Notes under the pieces: model-generated
What the model was told of the DNA's origin: nothing
Databases searched by the model: none
What the model saw: only the letters and a program-made list of their open reading frames with translations
Source of the DNA: Macrostomum lignano
Taxonomy: Eukaryota
DNA: 64,000 nucleotides
Assembly: GCA_002269645.1 (NCBI GenBank)
Contig: NIVC01000997.1
Coordinates: forward strand, 1-64,000
Direction: 5' to 3'
Shown: in pieces, positions 21,497 through 34,021 of the stretch
Position numbering within the stretch: position 1 is the stretch's first letter
Layout: every line of letters begins with the position of its first letter
Program-made: the position numbers and the translations under genes

Positions 21497-22663
21497 AAGG
21501 CAGATTCACAAATTGAAAAAAGCAGATTCACAGATTAGAGAGGCAGATTCACAAATTAAAGAGACAGATTCACAAATTGGAGAGGCAGATTCACAAATTG
21601 AAGAGGCAGATTCACAAATTGGAGAGGCAGATTCACAAATTGGAGAGGCAGATTCACAAATTGGAGAGGTAGATTCACAAATTGGAGAGGCAGATTCACA
21701 AATTGGAGAGGCAGATTCACAAATTGGAGAGGCAGATTCACAAATTGGAGAGGCAGATTCACAAATTGGAGAGGTAGATTCACAAATTAAAAAAGTAGAT
21801 TTAATTTATTCTCGATTCGCAAATTCGAGAGGCAGATTCACAATTTGGAAAGTGGCAGATTCACAAATTGGAGCGGCAGAAGATTCACAAATTGGAGAGG
21901 CAGATTCACAAATTGGAGAGGTAGATTCACAAATTGGAGAGGCAGATTCACAAATTGGAGCGGCAGAAGATTCACTAATTGGAGAGGCAGAAGATTCACT
22001 AATTGGAGAGGCAGAAGATTCACTAATTGGAGAGGCAGATTCACAAACTGGAGAGGCAGAAGATTCACTAATTGGAGAGGCAGATTCACAAATCAGAGAC
22101 AGGTTCACAAATTGGAGAGGCAGATTCACAAATTGGAGAGTGGAGATTCACAAATCAGAGACAGGTTCACAAATTGGAGAGGCAGAAGATTCACAAATCA
22201 GAGACAGGTTCACAAATTGGAGAGTGGCAGATTCACAAATCAGAGACAAGTTCACAAATTGGAGAGGCAGAAGATTCACAAATCAGAGACAGGTTCACAA
22301 ATTGGAGAGTGGCAGATTCACAAATCAGAGACAGGTTCACAAATTGGAGAGGCAGAAGATTCACAAATCAGAGACAGGTTCACAAACTGGAGAGGCAGAT
22401 TCACAAATTGGAGAGTGGCAGATTCACAAATCAGAGACAGGTTCACAAATTGGAGAGACAGAAGATTCACAAATCAGAGACAGGTTCACAAACTGGAGAG
22501 GCAGATTCACAAATTGGAGAGTGGCAGATTCACAAATCAGAGACAGGTTCACAAATTGGAGAGACAGAAGATTCACAAATCAGAGACAGGTTCACAAACT
22601 GGAGAGGCAGATTCACAAATCAGAGACAGATTCACTAATTGGAGAGTGGCAGATTCACAAATT
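21497..22663. repeat. 21-bp-based compound minisatellite (GCAGATTCACAAATTGGAGAG)
   Basis: Fills VPS53 intron 2. Confidence 0.9.
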
Positions 22664-22712
22664 GGGGACACAGTGGGTGTGCAGAATCGTCCACCGCACA
22701 CCCGGCTCTCAG

Positions 22713-23018
22713 ATCCACGAGGTCACGGCGGGGCTGGACCGGTTCATGGACATCCCCCAGCTGCAGCAGCTGCGCAACGAGGCGCGCTCATTAGAAGCGG
22801 AACTCAGTGGTCGAGTTAAAACGGAATTACGCGACTTGTTGACTGGGCCGCCTAGGGAGCTGCAGCAGCAGAGAGGCCAAGTGGAGGCCTGTTGCAGACT
22901 TGCCGACCTGATGGACTTCCGAGTTCGAACCGAGGTGCTGGATAAATTTGTTCAACAACAACTGGCAGAGTATGCGGTGCTGTTTGAGGAGACTCAGGAG
23001 GCGGCCTGGCTGACCAAG
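22713..23018 (+). CDS. VPS53: VPS53 exon 3
   Basis: IHEVTAGLDRFMDIPQLQQL...QQQLAEYAVLFEETQEAAWLTK; canonical splice sites. Confidence 0.92.
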
Positions 23019-23046
23019 GTTAGTGTGTTAATGATAAATCCGGCAT

Positions 23047-23456
23047 TGTCTGACTGGCTGACTGGCTGACTGACTGACTGACTGACTGACTGACTGACTG
23101 ACTGACTGACTGACTGACTGACTGACTGACTTGAGTGAGTGGGTGATTGACTGACTGACTGACTGACTGACTGACTGACTTGAGTGAGTGGGTGACTGAC
23201 TGACTGACTGACTGACTGACTGACTGACTGACTGACTGACTGACTTGAGTGAGTGGGTGATTGACTGACTGACTGACTGACTGACTGACTGACTGACTGA
23301 CTTGAGTGACTGACTGACTGACTGACTGGCTGACTGACTGACTTGAGTGAGTGGGTGACTGACTGACTGACTGATTGACTGACTATCCATCTATCCATCT
23401 ATTTATTTATATGTCCATCTATCTATCCATCTGTCTATCTATCTATCTATCTATCC

Positions 23457-23487
<31 letters not shown>

Positions 23488-23488
23488 C

Positions 23489-23541
<53 letters not shown>

Positions 23542-23561
23542 CGGTATCTATCTATCTATCC

Positions 23562-23609
<48 letters not shown>

Positions 23610-23610
23610 G

Positions 23611-23649
<39 letters not shown>

Positions 23650-23650
23650 G

Positions 23651-23693
<43 letters not shown>

Positions 23694-23694
23694 G

Positions 23695-23725
<31 letters not shown>

Positions 23726-23735
23726 ATCTACTATA

Positions 23736-23770
<35 letters not shown>

Positions 23771-23800
23771 TTGTCTGTCTATGTATCCATCTATCTATAA
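23047..23800. repeat. Compound microsatellite, (GACT)n then (ATCT)n
   Basis: Fills VPS53 intron 3. Confidence 0.95.
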
Positions 23801-23826
23801 AATGCTTCTCCCAATTATTGTCCCAG

Positions 23827-24048
23827 ATTGACAGCCGCTTCGGCTGGATGAAGAAATTCGTGCTGGGCTTCGAGGAGCGCTACGCACGCCTGTTCCCGTC
23901 AAATTGGCGCGTCACCCAGCGCCTAGTGAAAGAGTTCTGCGACATCACCCGGTCTCAATTAAAGGTCCTGATGCAGAAGCGAGCCAAAGAATTAGACGTG
24001 AAATTGTTGCTATTTGCTGTCGAAAGGACTCGGCTGTTTGAGGAGCAG
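23827..24048 (+). CDS. VPS53: VPS53 exon 4
   Basis: [10 protein letters not shown]...[21 protein letters not shown]...[19 protein letters not shown]. Confidence 0.93.
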
Positions 24049-24204
24049 GTGAGTGCTAAATACTTAGATATAGAAGGTCGGGAAAGCAGCTTAGCGGTGA
24101 ATTTAGCTTAGCTGCATTTATTTCTATTTTAGAGCTTTGTGTAGTATGTTGTAGCTTTTCCTGCTTTTTCGGGCATTTCCTTACAATAGAAAGTCAGGTT
24201 AGAC

Positions 24205-24618
24205 CAGGGGTTGACGAGCTTATTTTACCCGAGGGACCAAATAAATAATCTGGAAGATGGCCAGATGAGATAGGAAAGGAGAGGGAACAAAGGACAAAGA
24301 GAAGGGAGAAAGGAGACAAGAGAGAAGGGAGGGGAGAGAGAAGGGAGAGAGGAGAGAAGAGAGAAGGGAGAGAAGAGAGGAGAGAAGGGAGAGAAGAGAG
24401 AAGGGAGAGAAGAGAGAAGGGAGAGAGGTGAGAAGAGAGAAGGGAGAGTGGAGGGAAGCGGAGAGGAGAAGAGAGGAGAGAATGGAGAGAAGAGAGGAGA
24501 GAATGGAGAGAAGAGAAGAGACGTGAATCTTGAGTGGGCCGGATTGCTATTGTGAAGTTTCAAAGGACCCGAGGGCCGGATCGAGAGGCTTCGCGGGCCG
24601 AAGTTTGCCAACCCCCTG
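24205..24618. mobile_element. hAT-type MITE with an internal GA-rich microsatellite
   Basis: Ends CAGGGGTTGAC... and ...GCCAACCCCCTG; internal segment homologous to 40494-40700 and 52700-52775; TSD not clean. Confidence 0.55.
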
Positions 24619-24797
24619 GGTAGCCTGTTGCCTTTTGATTTGCTATATAAATGAAAGTCAAAATTATAATATTGCTGAGCATGGTTTAGATAGAAAACAG
24701 TTTATTGAATCATATTGTATGCATGCTACTTTTAAGTAGCAAATAAAAGCCTGAATTGTCAATAATAAGTTTCATTATAATCGTTGAAACATCCCAG

Positions 24798-25049
24798 GTA
24801 GTAACGGCGTTCAAAGAGAAGGAGGATCCATCATCGCCGGCAGCTGACCCGTCGGCTTCATCGACTCAGCAAGCAGCGGAGCAGCTGTTCACTGGGGCAA
24901 TATCGCAGTGCTTCGCGCCCCATCTGGGTCTCTATACAGATTCTGTGGATAGAAATTTAGCCGAAATGTTGCAACGCTGGACGCAGGACGTGTCGGCTCC
25001 GCTGGATCGGGGAACGGAGCTGCTGCCCAGCTGCGCGGATCTGTTCATG
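24798..25049 (+). CDS. VPS53: VPS53 exon 5
   Basis: FTGAISQCFAPHLGLYTDSVDRNLAEML...LLPSCADLFM. Confidence 0.93.
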
Positions 25050-25065
25050 GTAATTAGTGGAGTGA

Positions 25066-26022
25066 GGGGAGATTGGAGAGTAGAGTGAAGGGAGATTGGA
25101 GAGTAGAGTGAAGGGAGATTGGAGAGTAGAGTGAAGGGAGATTGGAGAGTAGAGTGAAGGGAGATTGGAGAGTAGAGTGAAGGGAGATTGGAGAGTAGAG
25201 TGAAGGGAGATTGGAGAGTAGAACGAAGGGAGATTGGAGAGTAGAGTGATGGGAGATTGGAGAGTAGAGTGAAGGGAGATTGGAGAGTAGAGTGAAGGGA
25301 GATTGGAGAGTAGAACGAAGGGAGATTGGAGAGTAGAGTGATGGGAGATTGGAGAGTAGAGTGATGGGAGATTGGAGAGTAGAGTGATGGGAGATTTGAG
25401 AATAGAGTGAAGGGAGATTAGAGAGTAGAGTGAAGGGAGATTGGAGAGTAGAGTGAGGGGAGATTGGAGAGTAGAGTGATGGGAGATTGGAGAGTAGAGT
25501 GAAGGGAGATTGGAGAGTAGAGTGAAGGGAGATTGGAGAGTAGAACGAAGGGAGATTAGAGAGTAGAGTGATGGGAGATTTGAGAATAGAGTGAAGGGAG
25601 ATTAGAGAGTAGAGTGATGGGAGATTTGAGAGTAGAGTGAAGGGAGATTGGAGAGTAGAGTGAGGGGAGATTGGAGAATAGAGTGAAGGGATTAGAGTAG
25701 AGTGAAGGAAGAAGGTAGAGTAAGAGGCGATGAAGGGAGAGACCGGAATGAGAGGAGATGAAGGGAGAGACCGGAATGAGAGGAGATGAAGGGAGAGACC
25801 GGAATGAGAGGAGATGAAGGGAGAGACCGGAATCAGAGGAGATGAAGGGAGAGACCGGAATCAGAGGAGATGAAGGGAGAGACCGGAATGAGAGGAGATG
25901 GAGGGACAGAGCGGAATGAGAGGAGATGAAGGGAGAGACCGGAATGAGAGGAGATGGAGGGACAGAGCGGAATGAGAGGAGATGAAGGGAGAGACCGGAA
26001 TGAGAGGAGATGAAGGGAGACA
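25066..26022. repeat. Two adjacent purine-rich minisatellites (23 bp, then 28 bp)
   Basis: GAAGGGAGATTGGAGAGTAGAGT to ~25725, then GATGAAGGGAGAGACCGGAATGAGAGGA. Confidence 0.9.
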
Positions 26023-26105
26023 GAAAGGCGGAATACAGAGAGACTGCTAATTATGTTAACCTAGTTTAACCCAGCCTAATATTTCGTCACTTCAACCTGC
26101 CGCAG

Positions 26106-26486
26106 GTGTACAAAAACTCTTTAAAAACGTGCGCCAAGCTATCCTGCGGCCAGCCAATGCTGCAATTGGCTCGCGTATTTGCCAAATATCTGCGCGAATA
26201 CGCAAACAAAATCCTGCTGGGCAGTCTGCCTACGGGAGGCAGGAACGCCCAGTCGGCCAAGGATCTATTTCGCGAGCTAATGATGTCAGGTGGTGTAGGC
26301 GGGGGCTTCTTCAGCGAGTCTACTAAATTATCTAATGACGATTTGTCTCGGGTCTGCGTTGTGATTTGCACCGCCGAGTACTGCCTGGAGACTACTAATC
26401 AGTTGGAGGCGAAGCTGCGCGAGCGGATTAACGAACAGCTGACTGGTCAAGTTGATCTGCGCAGCGAGAAAGACAATTTCCACTCG
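26106..26486 (+). CDS. VPS53: VPS53 exon 6
   Basis: VYKNSLKTCAKLSCGQPMLQLARVFAKYLREYA...VICTAEYCLETTNQLEAKLRE. Confidence 0.94.
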
Positions 26487-26589
26487 GTTTGTTACCGATT
26501 GAGTGCTTTTGTCATCGATTCTTAAGTCGTACATTAGCGCTTTTGAAGTCGGCTTATTTGCGATTTTTAAGTCCGGGATTACTCTTTTT

Positions 26590-26990
26590 ACAGTTAGGGA
26601 TTTCCCTTTTTATTTTTTCGGATTTCCCTTTTATAGCTAAGGATTTCCCTTTAACATAGTTACGGATTCCCCTTTTAATAGTTAGGGATTCCCCTTTTAT
26701 TAGTTAGGGATTTCCCTTTTTATAGTTAGGGATTCTTCTTTTTATAGTCAGGGATTCCTCTTTTCATAGTTAGGGATTCTTCTTTTTATAGTCAGGGATT
26801 CCTCTTTTCATAGTTAGGGATTCTTCTTTTTATAGTCAGGGATTCCTCTTCTAATAAGGGATTTCCCTTTTAAAGTCTTGGATTCCCATTTTAATAATTA
26901 GGATTTCTCTTTTATAGACAGATTCCTCTTTTAATAGTTAGACGTTACCTTTTCTGTACTTAGGGATTCCCCTTTTTATTGTTTGGGATT
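26590..26990. repeat. Degenerate TAGTTAGGGATTCC...TTTT minisatellite
   Basis: Fills VPS53 intron 6. Confidence 0.75.
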
Positions 26991-27139
26991 CCCCCTCTTT
27001 CTAATTTGGCTGTTCCTTCTGTCTAGTTTAGAATTTTATATTCTTAAATTTGGCTTTCTGTTTTTTACAGTGAGATTTCTTAGACTAGGATTTCAGTTTA
27101 GAATCTTACCTTCGCTTCCCCCTGCACAAAATCTGACAG

Positions 27140-27574
27140 GTAATAAACGCGTGCGTCCAGCTCCTGGTTAGCGACGTGGAGTCGGCCTGCGAGCCGCCGC
27201 TAACAGCCATGCAGAAGATGTCGTGGAACACAGTGGAAGCTGTGGGAGATCAGAGTCCCTACGTTAGCAGCATCGGATCCCATCTGAGCACCAACGTGCC
27301 AGTCATTCGCGACGGTCTAACCAGTTCTAGAAAATATTTCACCCAATTTTGTAGCAAATTTGTGTCCACATTTGCGCCCAAGTTTCGCGCGGCTCTGTTC
27401 AAATGCCGGCCAGTGTCCACCGTGGGCGCTGAGCAGCTGCTGCTGGACACGCACTCGTTGAAGACTCTGCTGCTCTCCCTGCCAAGCCTGGCCAGTCCTT
27501 TGCAGAGGAAACCGCCGGCCGCCTATACTAAACTGGTGGTTCGCGAGATGACTAAGGCTGAAATGCTTATGAAG
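27140..27574 (+). CDS. VPS53: VPS53 exon 7
   Basis: [14 protein letters not shown]...[10 protein letters not shown]...[13 protein letters not shown]...[17 protein letters not shown]. Confidence 0.96.
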
Positions 27575-28557
27575 GTGAGGGGGTTGATCTTTATTGGTTT
27601 TATTGGATTGTAGCGTACCGATGTATAATTATGTAAGATTAGTAAGTTTTTTAGAGTGCATCATCTCATGGGTGAGATTTTCTCAGAACATAATCTCATG
27701 GGTGAGATTTTCTCGGAACACAATCTCATGGGTGAGATTTTCTCGGAACACAATCTCATGGGTGAGATTTTCTCAGAACACAATCTCATGGGTGAGATTT
27801 TCTCGGAACACAATCTCATGGGTGAGATTTTCTCAGAACACAATCTCATGGGTGAGATTTTCTCGGAACACAATCTCATGGGTGAGATTTTCTCGGAACA
27901 CAATCTCATGGGTGAGATTTTCTCAGAACACAATCTCATGGGTGAGATTTTCTCGGAACACAATCTCATGGGTGAGATTTTCTCAGAACACAATCTCATG
28001 GGTGAGATTTCTCCGAACATAATCTCATGGGTGAGATTTTCTCGAAAGACAATCTCATGGGTGAGATGTTCTCGGAAGACAATCTCATGGGTGAGATGTT
28101 CTCGGAAGACAATCTCATGGGTGAGATTTCTACGAACTTAATCTCATGGGTGAGACTTTCTCGGAACATAATCTCATGGGTGAGATTTTCTCGGAACACA
28201 ATCTCATGGCTGAGATCTTCTCGGCACATAAGCTCATGGGTGAGATTTTCTTGGCGCATAAGCTCATGGGTGAGATCTTCTCGGCACATAAGCTCATGGG
28301 TGAGATTTTCTTGGCGCATAAGCTCATGGGTGAGATTTTCTTGGCGCGTAAGCTCATGGGTGAGATCTTCTCGGCGCATAAGCTCATGGGTGAGATTTTC
28401 TTGGCGCATAAGCTCATGGGTGAGATTTTCTTGGCGCATAAGCTCATGGGTGAGATCTTCTCGGCACATAAGCTCATGGGTGAGATTTTCTTGGCGCATA
28501 AGCTCATGGGTGAGATTTTCTCGGCACATAAGCTCATGGGTGAGATTTTCTTGGCGC

Positions 28558-28853
28558 CATACATGCGCAACAGTCGGCCGAGTCGGCCGATCTGGCCGAC
28601 CAATTTGGCAGCCAACCAAGGAAGTCGCAAAAATGCCCACCCAAAAAAACACAAAGTAGTAGTACTAAGTAGCTGACGAAGCATTTTGGCCTTATATGAC
28701 AGTCATAGTTACTCCTGCCGTTTACCCAAAATTGCATAAATTTTGCTTTCGGGTTTTTTACATGTAAGTCGCATTTTTGGCCAAAAACTATGTCGCATTT
28801 TTGTTAAAACTAAGTCGCACGGCCGACCAAATTTTGGAGGTTGCGCATGTATG
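28558..28853. mobile_element. 296-bp hAT-type MITE, copy 1
   Basis: Perfect 14-bp TIR CATACATGCGCAAC; perfect 8-bp TSD CTTGGCGC (28550-28557 and 28854-28861). Confidence 0.85.
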
Positions 28854-29131
28854 CTTGGCGCATAAGCTCATGGGTGAGATTTTCTTGGCGCATAAGCTCA
28901 TGGGTGAGATTTTCTTGGCGCATAAGCTCATGGGTGAGATTTTCTTGGCGCATAAGCTCATGGGTGAGATTTTCTTGGCGCATAAGCTCATGGGTGAGAT
29001 TTTCTTGGCGCATAAGCTCATGGGTGAGATCTTCTCGGCACATAAGCTCATGGGTGAGATTTTCTTGGCGCATAAGCTCATGGGTGAGATTTTCTCGGCA
29101 CATAAGCTCATGGGTGAGATTTTCTTGGCGC

Positions 29132-29427
29132 CATACATGCGCAACAGTCGGCCGAGTCGGCCGATCTGGCCGACCAATTTGGCAGCCAACCAAGGAAGTC
29201 GCAAAAATGCCCACCCAAAAAAACACAAAGTAGTAGTACTAAGTAGCTGACGAAGCATTTTGGCCTTATATGACAGTCATAGTTACTCCTGCCGTTTACC
29301 CAAAATTGCATAAATTTTGCTTTCGGGTTTTTTACATGTAAGTCGCATTTTTGGCCAAAAACTATGTCGCATTTTTGTTAAAACTAAGTCGCACGGCCGA
29401 CCAAATTTTGGAGGTTGCGCATGTATG
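29132..29427. mobile_element. 296-bp hAT-type MITE, copy 2 (tandem-duplicated with the array)
   Basis: Same TIR and TSD, offset by 574 bp. Confidence 0.85.
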
Positions 29428-29749
29428 CTTGGCGCATAAGCTCATGGGTGAGATTTTCTTGGCGCATAAGCTCATGGGTGAGATTTTCTTGGCGCATAAG
29501 CTCATGGGTGAGATTTTCTTGGCGCATAAGCTCATGGGTGAGATTTTCTTGGCGCATAAGCTCATGGGTGAGATTTTCTTGGCGCATAAGCTCATGGGTG
29601 AGATTTTCTTGGCGCATAAGCTCGTGGGTGAGATTTTCTTTTTCCAATCTCATAGGTGAGATTTTCTTTGTCAGCCGTCAGTCAGCCGTAACTACACCTG
29701 TCTCTCTGTAACTAAAAGAATCTCATCCCCGCATCTCACCCTCCCCCAG

Positions 29750-30169
29750 GTGGTTCTATCTGAGCACACAAATCACCAAGCATTCGTGGAGAGTTTCTCC
29801 CGCCTATTGCCGGACTCGGACCTGACCGAATACCAGAAAGTGTTGGACATGAAGGGCGTGAAGCGATCCGAGCAGATGGCCCTAATCGATGCCTATCGTG
29901 CCGCTAAGCCTAACGACGCCGTGCTGCGGCCTTCGCCGTCTGCTTCCAGCCTCTCCGCTGCATCTGCTGGTGGCGGAGGCGGCGGCAGTGGCGGTGCCTC
30001 TTCCAGTCTGCGCGCCCGCTCAAGATCGCCGGCTGCTGGCGTCGGCAACGATAAATCGCCTTCGTCTGGGTCGCCTGGAGGCGACGCTTCGGCGACGGCG
30101 AATGCTGGAGGCGGCGGCGAGGAGGGTGGCAGGATGAAGCGATTGGAGAACCTGTTGAAGAGGCTATGA
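29750..30169 (+). CDS. VPS53: VPS53 exon 8 (terminal)
   Basis: VVLSEH...FVESFSRLLPDSDLTEYQKVLDMKGVKRSEQ...MKRLENLLKRL*. Confidence 0.94.
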   Translation: MVLSEHTNHQAFVESFSRLLPDSDLTEYQKVLDMKGVKRSEQMALIDAYRAAKPNDAVLRPSPSASSLSAASAGGGGGGSGGASSSLRARSRSPAAGVGNDKSPSSGSPGGDASATANAGGGGEEGGRMKRLENLLKRL

Positions 30170-30224
30170 GAGTCTTGGTTTGATTTTTGTTGTGGTTTAT
30201 GCTTTGATTTTTTATTATGTTTGT

Positions 30225-30690
30225 GGCTTTGACCCGAGTTGCTTTATATGGTCATGCTTATAACCTTGAGTAGGACTGTATGACCCAGGCTTTATATGGT
30301 CATGCTTATGACCCTAAGTAGGACTGTATGACCCGAGTTGCTTTATATGGTCATGCTTATGACCCTAAGTAGGACTGTATGACCCGAGTTGCTTTATATG
30401 GTCATGCTTATGACCCTAAGTAGGACTGTATGACCCGAGTTGCTTTATATGGTCATGCTTATGACCTTGAGTAGGACTGTATGACCCAGAGTTTATATGC
30501 TCATGCTTATGACCTTATCTAGGACTGTGTGACCCGAGTTGCTTTATATGGTCATGTTTATGACCTTGAGTAGGACTGTATGACCCAGGTTTTACGAGTA
30601 TATGGTCATGGTTATGAACTTAGTAGGACTGTATGACCCAGGATTTATATGGTCATGCTTGTGACCTTTATCTAGGATGACTATAACCTA
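30225..30690. repeat. 51-bp minisatellite downstream of the VPS53 stop
   Basis: Units at 30301, 30352 and onward. Confidence 0.88.
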
Positions 30691-31339
30691 GTTAGCATTC
30701 GTATGAGCTTAAACACCCCATAGTATAGTCTGGAGCCATTATGACATTCGTGACCTATTTATTTTGAAGCAAATTTGTCCAATATGCAAGCCTAGTCCTG
30801 ACATGGCTGTTAGCCATTGAGCAAAAAAAATTGTTAAGAAAATCTTTGTTGTCTTCATTCCATTCTTTCTTTCAGAGTTAAATAGCAAATAATTCGTGTC
30901 ACTATTAACTGTGTTTGTTTTTTGACTTATTCGATGTAATTCCACTGTAATTTCTATTTCAAGCATAAATATAATTAGAAATATTATTATCTCAGTAATT
31001 TTTCTTCTTCCGTTTTGTCTTGTCTCATATGCAAACTACGCCTGTTTTCTGTAGCAAAATGTATTCTTTGTAACTGTGCCTTTTTTCTGGTGTTGATTTT
31101 TTCTGAACAAAAATAAAACCACGTTATGCTACTACCTGAATCTTACGCCGTGAATAGTCTGTTATGATGTAAGTCTATAGTTCCTTTTGGTAGTATTTTA
31201 TTTTAAACGGGTCATCTTAAATGAATCGTACTACAAGTAGAGTCGCGTGTTTGGGCCATGTATTGTCATTTTATGTTTATATGGTGTTACTGTAGATTCG
31301 TATGGTAATACAGTGTCTCTGGAAAAGTCATGGTCACTG

Positions 31340-33900
31340 TAGCCATATGGTCATATGCTGTCACCGTAGAGTCATGGTCACTATAGTCATGGTCAGTGGT
31401 CACTGAAGAGTCATACGGTCATATAATGTTATTGTAGAATCATGGTCACTAGTCATATGGTCACTTTAGAGTCTTTGTCACTAGTCATGGTCACTTTATA
31501 GTCATATTGTCACTAGTCATGGTCACTTTAGAGTCATATTGTCACTAGTCATGGTCACTTTGGAGTCATATTGTCACTAGTCATGGTCACTTTGGAGTCA
31601 TATTGTCACTAGTCATGGTCACTTTAGAGTCATATTGTCACTAGTCATGGTCACTTTGGAGTCATATTGTCACTAGCCATGGTCACTTTAGAGTCATATT
31701 GTCACTAGTCATGGTCACTTTAGAGTCATATTGTCACTAGTCATGGTCACTTTAGAGTCATATTGTCACTAGTCATGGTCACTTTAGAGTCATATTGTCA
31801 CTAGTCATGGTCACTTTGGAGTCATATTGTCACTAGTCATGGTCACTTTAGAGTCATATTGTCACTAGTCATGGCCACTTTAGAGTCATATTGTCACTAG
31901 TCATGGTCACTTTAGAGTCATATTGTCACTAGTCATGGCCACTTTAGAGTCATATTGTCACTAGTCATGGTCACTTTGGAGTCATATTGTCACTAGTCAT
32001 GGTCACTTTAGAGTCATATTGTCACTAGTCATGGTCACTTTAGAGTCATATTGTCACTAGTCATGGTCACTTTGGAGTCATATTGTCACTAGTCATGGTC
32101 ACTTTAGAGTCATATTGTCACTAGTCATGGTCACTTTAGAGTCATATTGTCACTAGTCATGGTCACTTTGGAGTCATATTGTCACTAGTCATGGTCACTT
32201 TAGAGTCATATTGTCACTAGTCATGGTCACTTTAGAGTCATATTGTCACTAGTCATGGTCACTTTAGAGTCATATTGTCACTAGTCATGGCCACTTTAGA
32301 GTCATATTGTCACTATAGTCATGGCCACTTTAGAGTCATATTGTCACTAGTCATGGTCACTTTAGTGTCATATTGTCACTATAGTCATGGTCACTTTATA
32401 GTCATATTGTCATTAGTCATGGTCACTTTGGAGTCATATTGTCACTAGTCATGGTCACTTTAGAGTCATATTGTCACTAGTCATGGTCACTTTAGAGTCA
32501 TATTGTCACTAGTCATGGTCACTTTGGAGTCATATTGTCACTAGTCATGGTCACTTTGGAGTCATATTGTCACTAGTCATGGTCACTTTAGAGTCATATT
32601 GTCACTAGTCATGGTCACTTTGGAGTCATATTGTCACTAGCCATGGTCACTTTAGAGTCATATTGTCACTAGTCATGGTCACTTTAGAGTCATATTGTCA
32701 CTAGTCATGGTCACTTTAGAGTCATATTGTCACTAGTCATGGTCACTTTAGAGTCATATTGTCACTAGTCATGGTCACTTTGGAGTCATATTGTCACTAG
32801 TCATGGTCAACTTTAGAGTCATATTGTCACTAGTCATGGTCACTTTAGAGTCATATTGTCACTAGTCATGGTCACTTTAGAGTCATATTGTCACTAGTCA
32901 TGGCCACTTTAGAGTCATATTGTCACTAGTCATGGTCACTTTGGAGTCATATTGTCACTAGTCATGGTCACTTTAGAGTCATATTGTCACTAGTCATGGT
33001 CACTTTGGAGTCATATTGTCACTAGTCATGGTCACTTTAGAGTCATATTGTCACTAGTCATGGTCACTTTAGAGTCATATTGTCACTAGTCATGGTCACT
33101 TTAGAGTCATATTGTCACTAGTCATGGCCACTTTAGAGTCATATTGTCACTAGTCATGGTCACTTTGGAGTCATATTGTCACTAGTCATGGTCACTTTAG
33201 AGTCATATTGTCACTAGTCATGGTCACTTTAGAGTCATATTGTCACTAGTCATGGTCACTTTGGAGTCATATTGTCACTAGTCATGGTCACTTTAGAGTC
33301 ATATTGTCACTAGTCATGGTCACTTTAGAGTCATATTGTCACTAGTCATGGTCACTTTGGAGTCATATTGTCACTAGTCATGGTCACTTTAGAGTCATAT
33401 TGTCACTAGTCATGGTCACTTTAGAGTCATATTGTCACTAGTCATGGTCACTTTAGAGTCATATTGCCACTAGTCATGGTCACTTTAGAGTCATATTGTC
33501 ACTAGTCATGGCCACTTTAGAGTCATATTGTCACTATAGTCATGGCCACTTTAGAGTCATATTGTCACTAGTCATGGTCACTTTAGAGTCATATTGTCAC
33601 TAGTCATGGTCACTTTAGAGTCATATTGTCACTAGTCATGGCCACTTTAGAGTCATATTGTCACTATAGTCATGGCCACTTTAGAGTCATATTGTCACTA
33701 GTCATGGTCACTTTAGAGTCATATTGTCACTATAGTCATGGCCACTTTAGAGTCATATTGTCACTAGTCATGGTCACTTTAGAGTCATATTGTCACTATA
33801 GTCATGGTCATTTTAGAGTCATATTGTCACTAGTCATGGTCACTTTAGAGTCATATTGTCACTATAGTCATGGTCATTTTAGAGTCATTGTTACTGACAT
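31340..33900. repeat. 32-bp satellite (TAGTCATGGTCACTTTAGAGTCATATTGTCAC), ~2.5 kb, ending ~120 bp before the SHQ1 ATG
   Basis: Highly homogeneous tandem array. Confidence 0.95.
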
Positions 33901-34021
33901 AGAGTCATATAATCACTTGAGTGTCAGTCGTGGTCATAGAGTCATGATGTCACTCTAGCGCCTGAGTCATCATTGCTATAACCAATTTTCAGCTTTTCAA
34001 GCACTTTTCCGTTGTAAAGAA

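Larger units (their letters stand above)
27660..29660. repeat. 30-bp minisatellite with internal palindrome (AATCTCA-TGGG-TGAGATT), including a 574-bp higher-order duplication
   Basis: Identical ORFs offset by 574 (28534/29108, 28777/29351). Confidence 0.9.

Noticed and set aside
21450-23069. 539-aa ORF running through intron 2 in frame with VPS53 exon 3
   Set aside because: The repeat part is a 21-bp minisatellite, and exon 2 read-through hits a stop at 21412, so intron retention would not give this protein
27660-29660. Palindromic 30-bp repeats resembling a CRISPR array
   Set aside because: No unique spacers, no cas genes, eukaryotic intron; the two unique inserts are identical MITE copies
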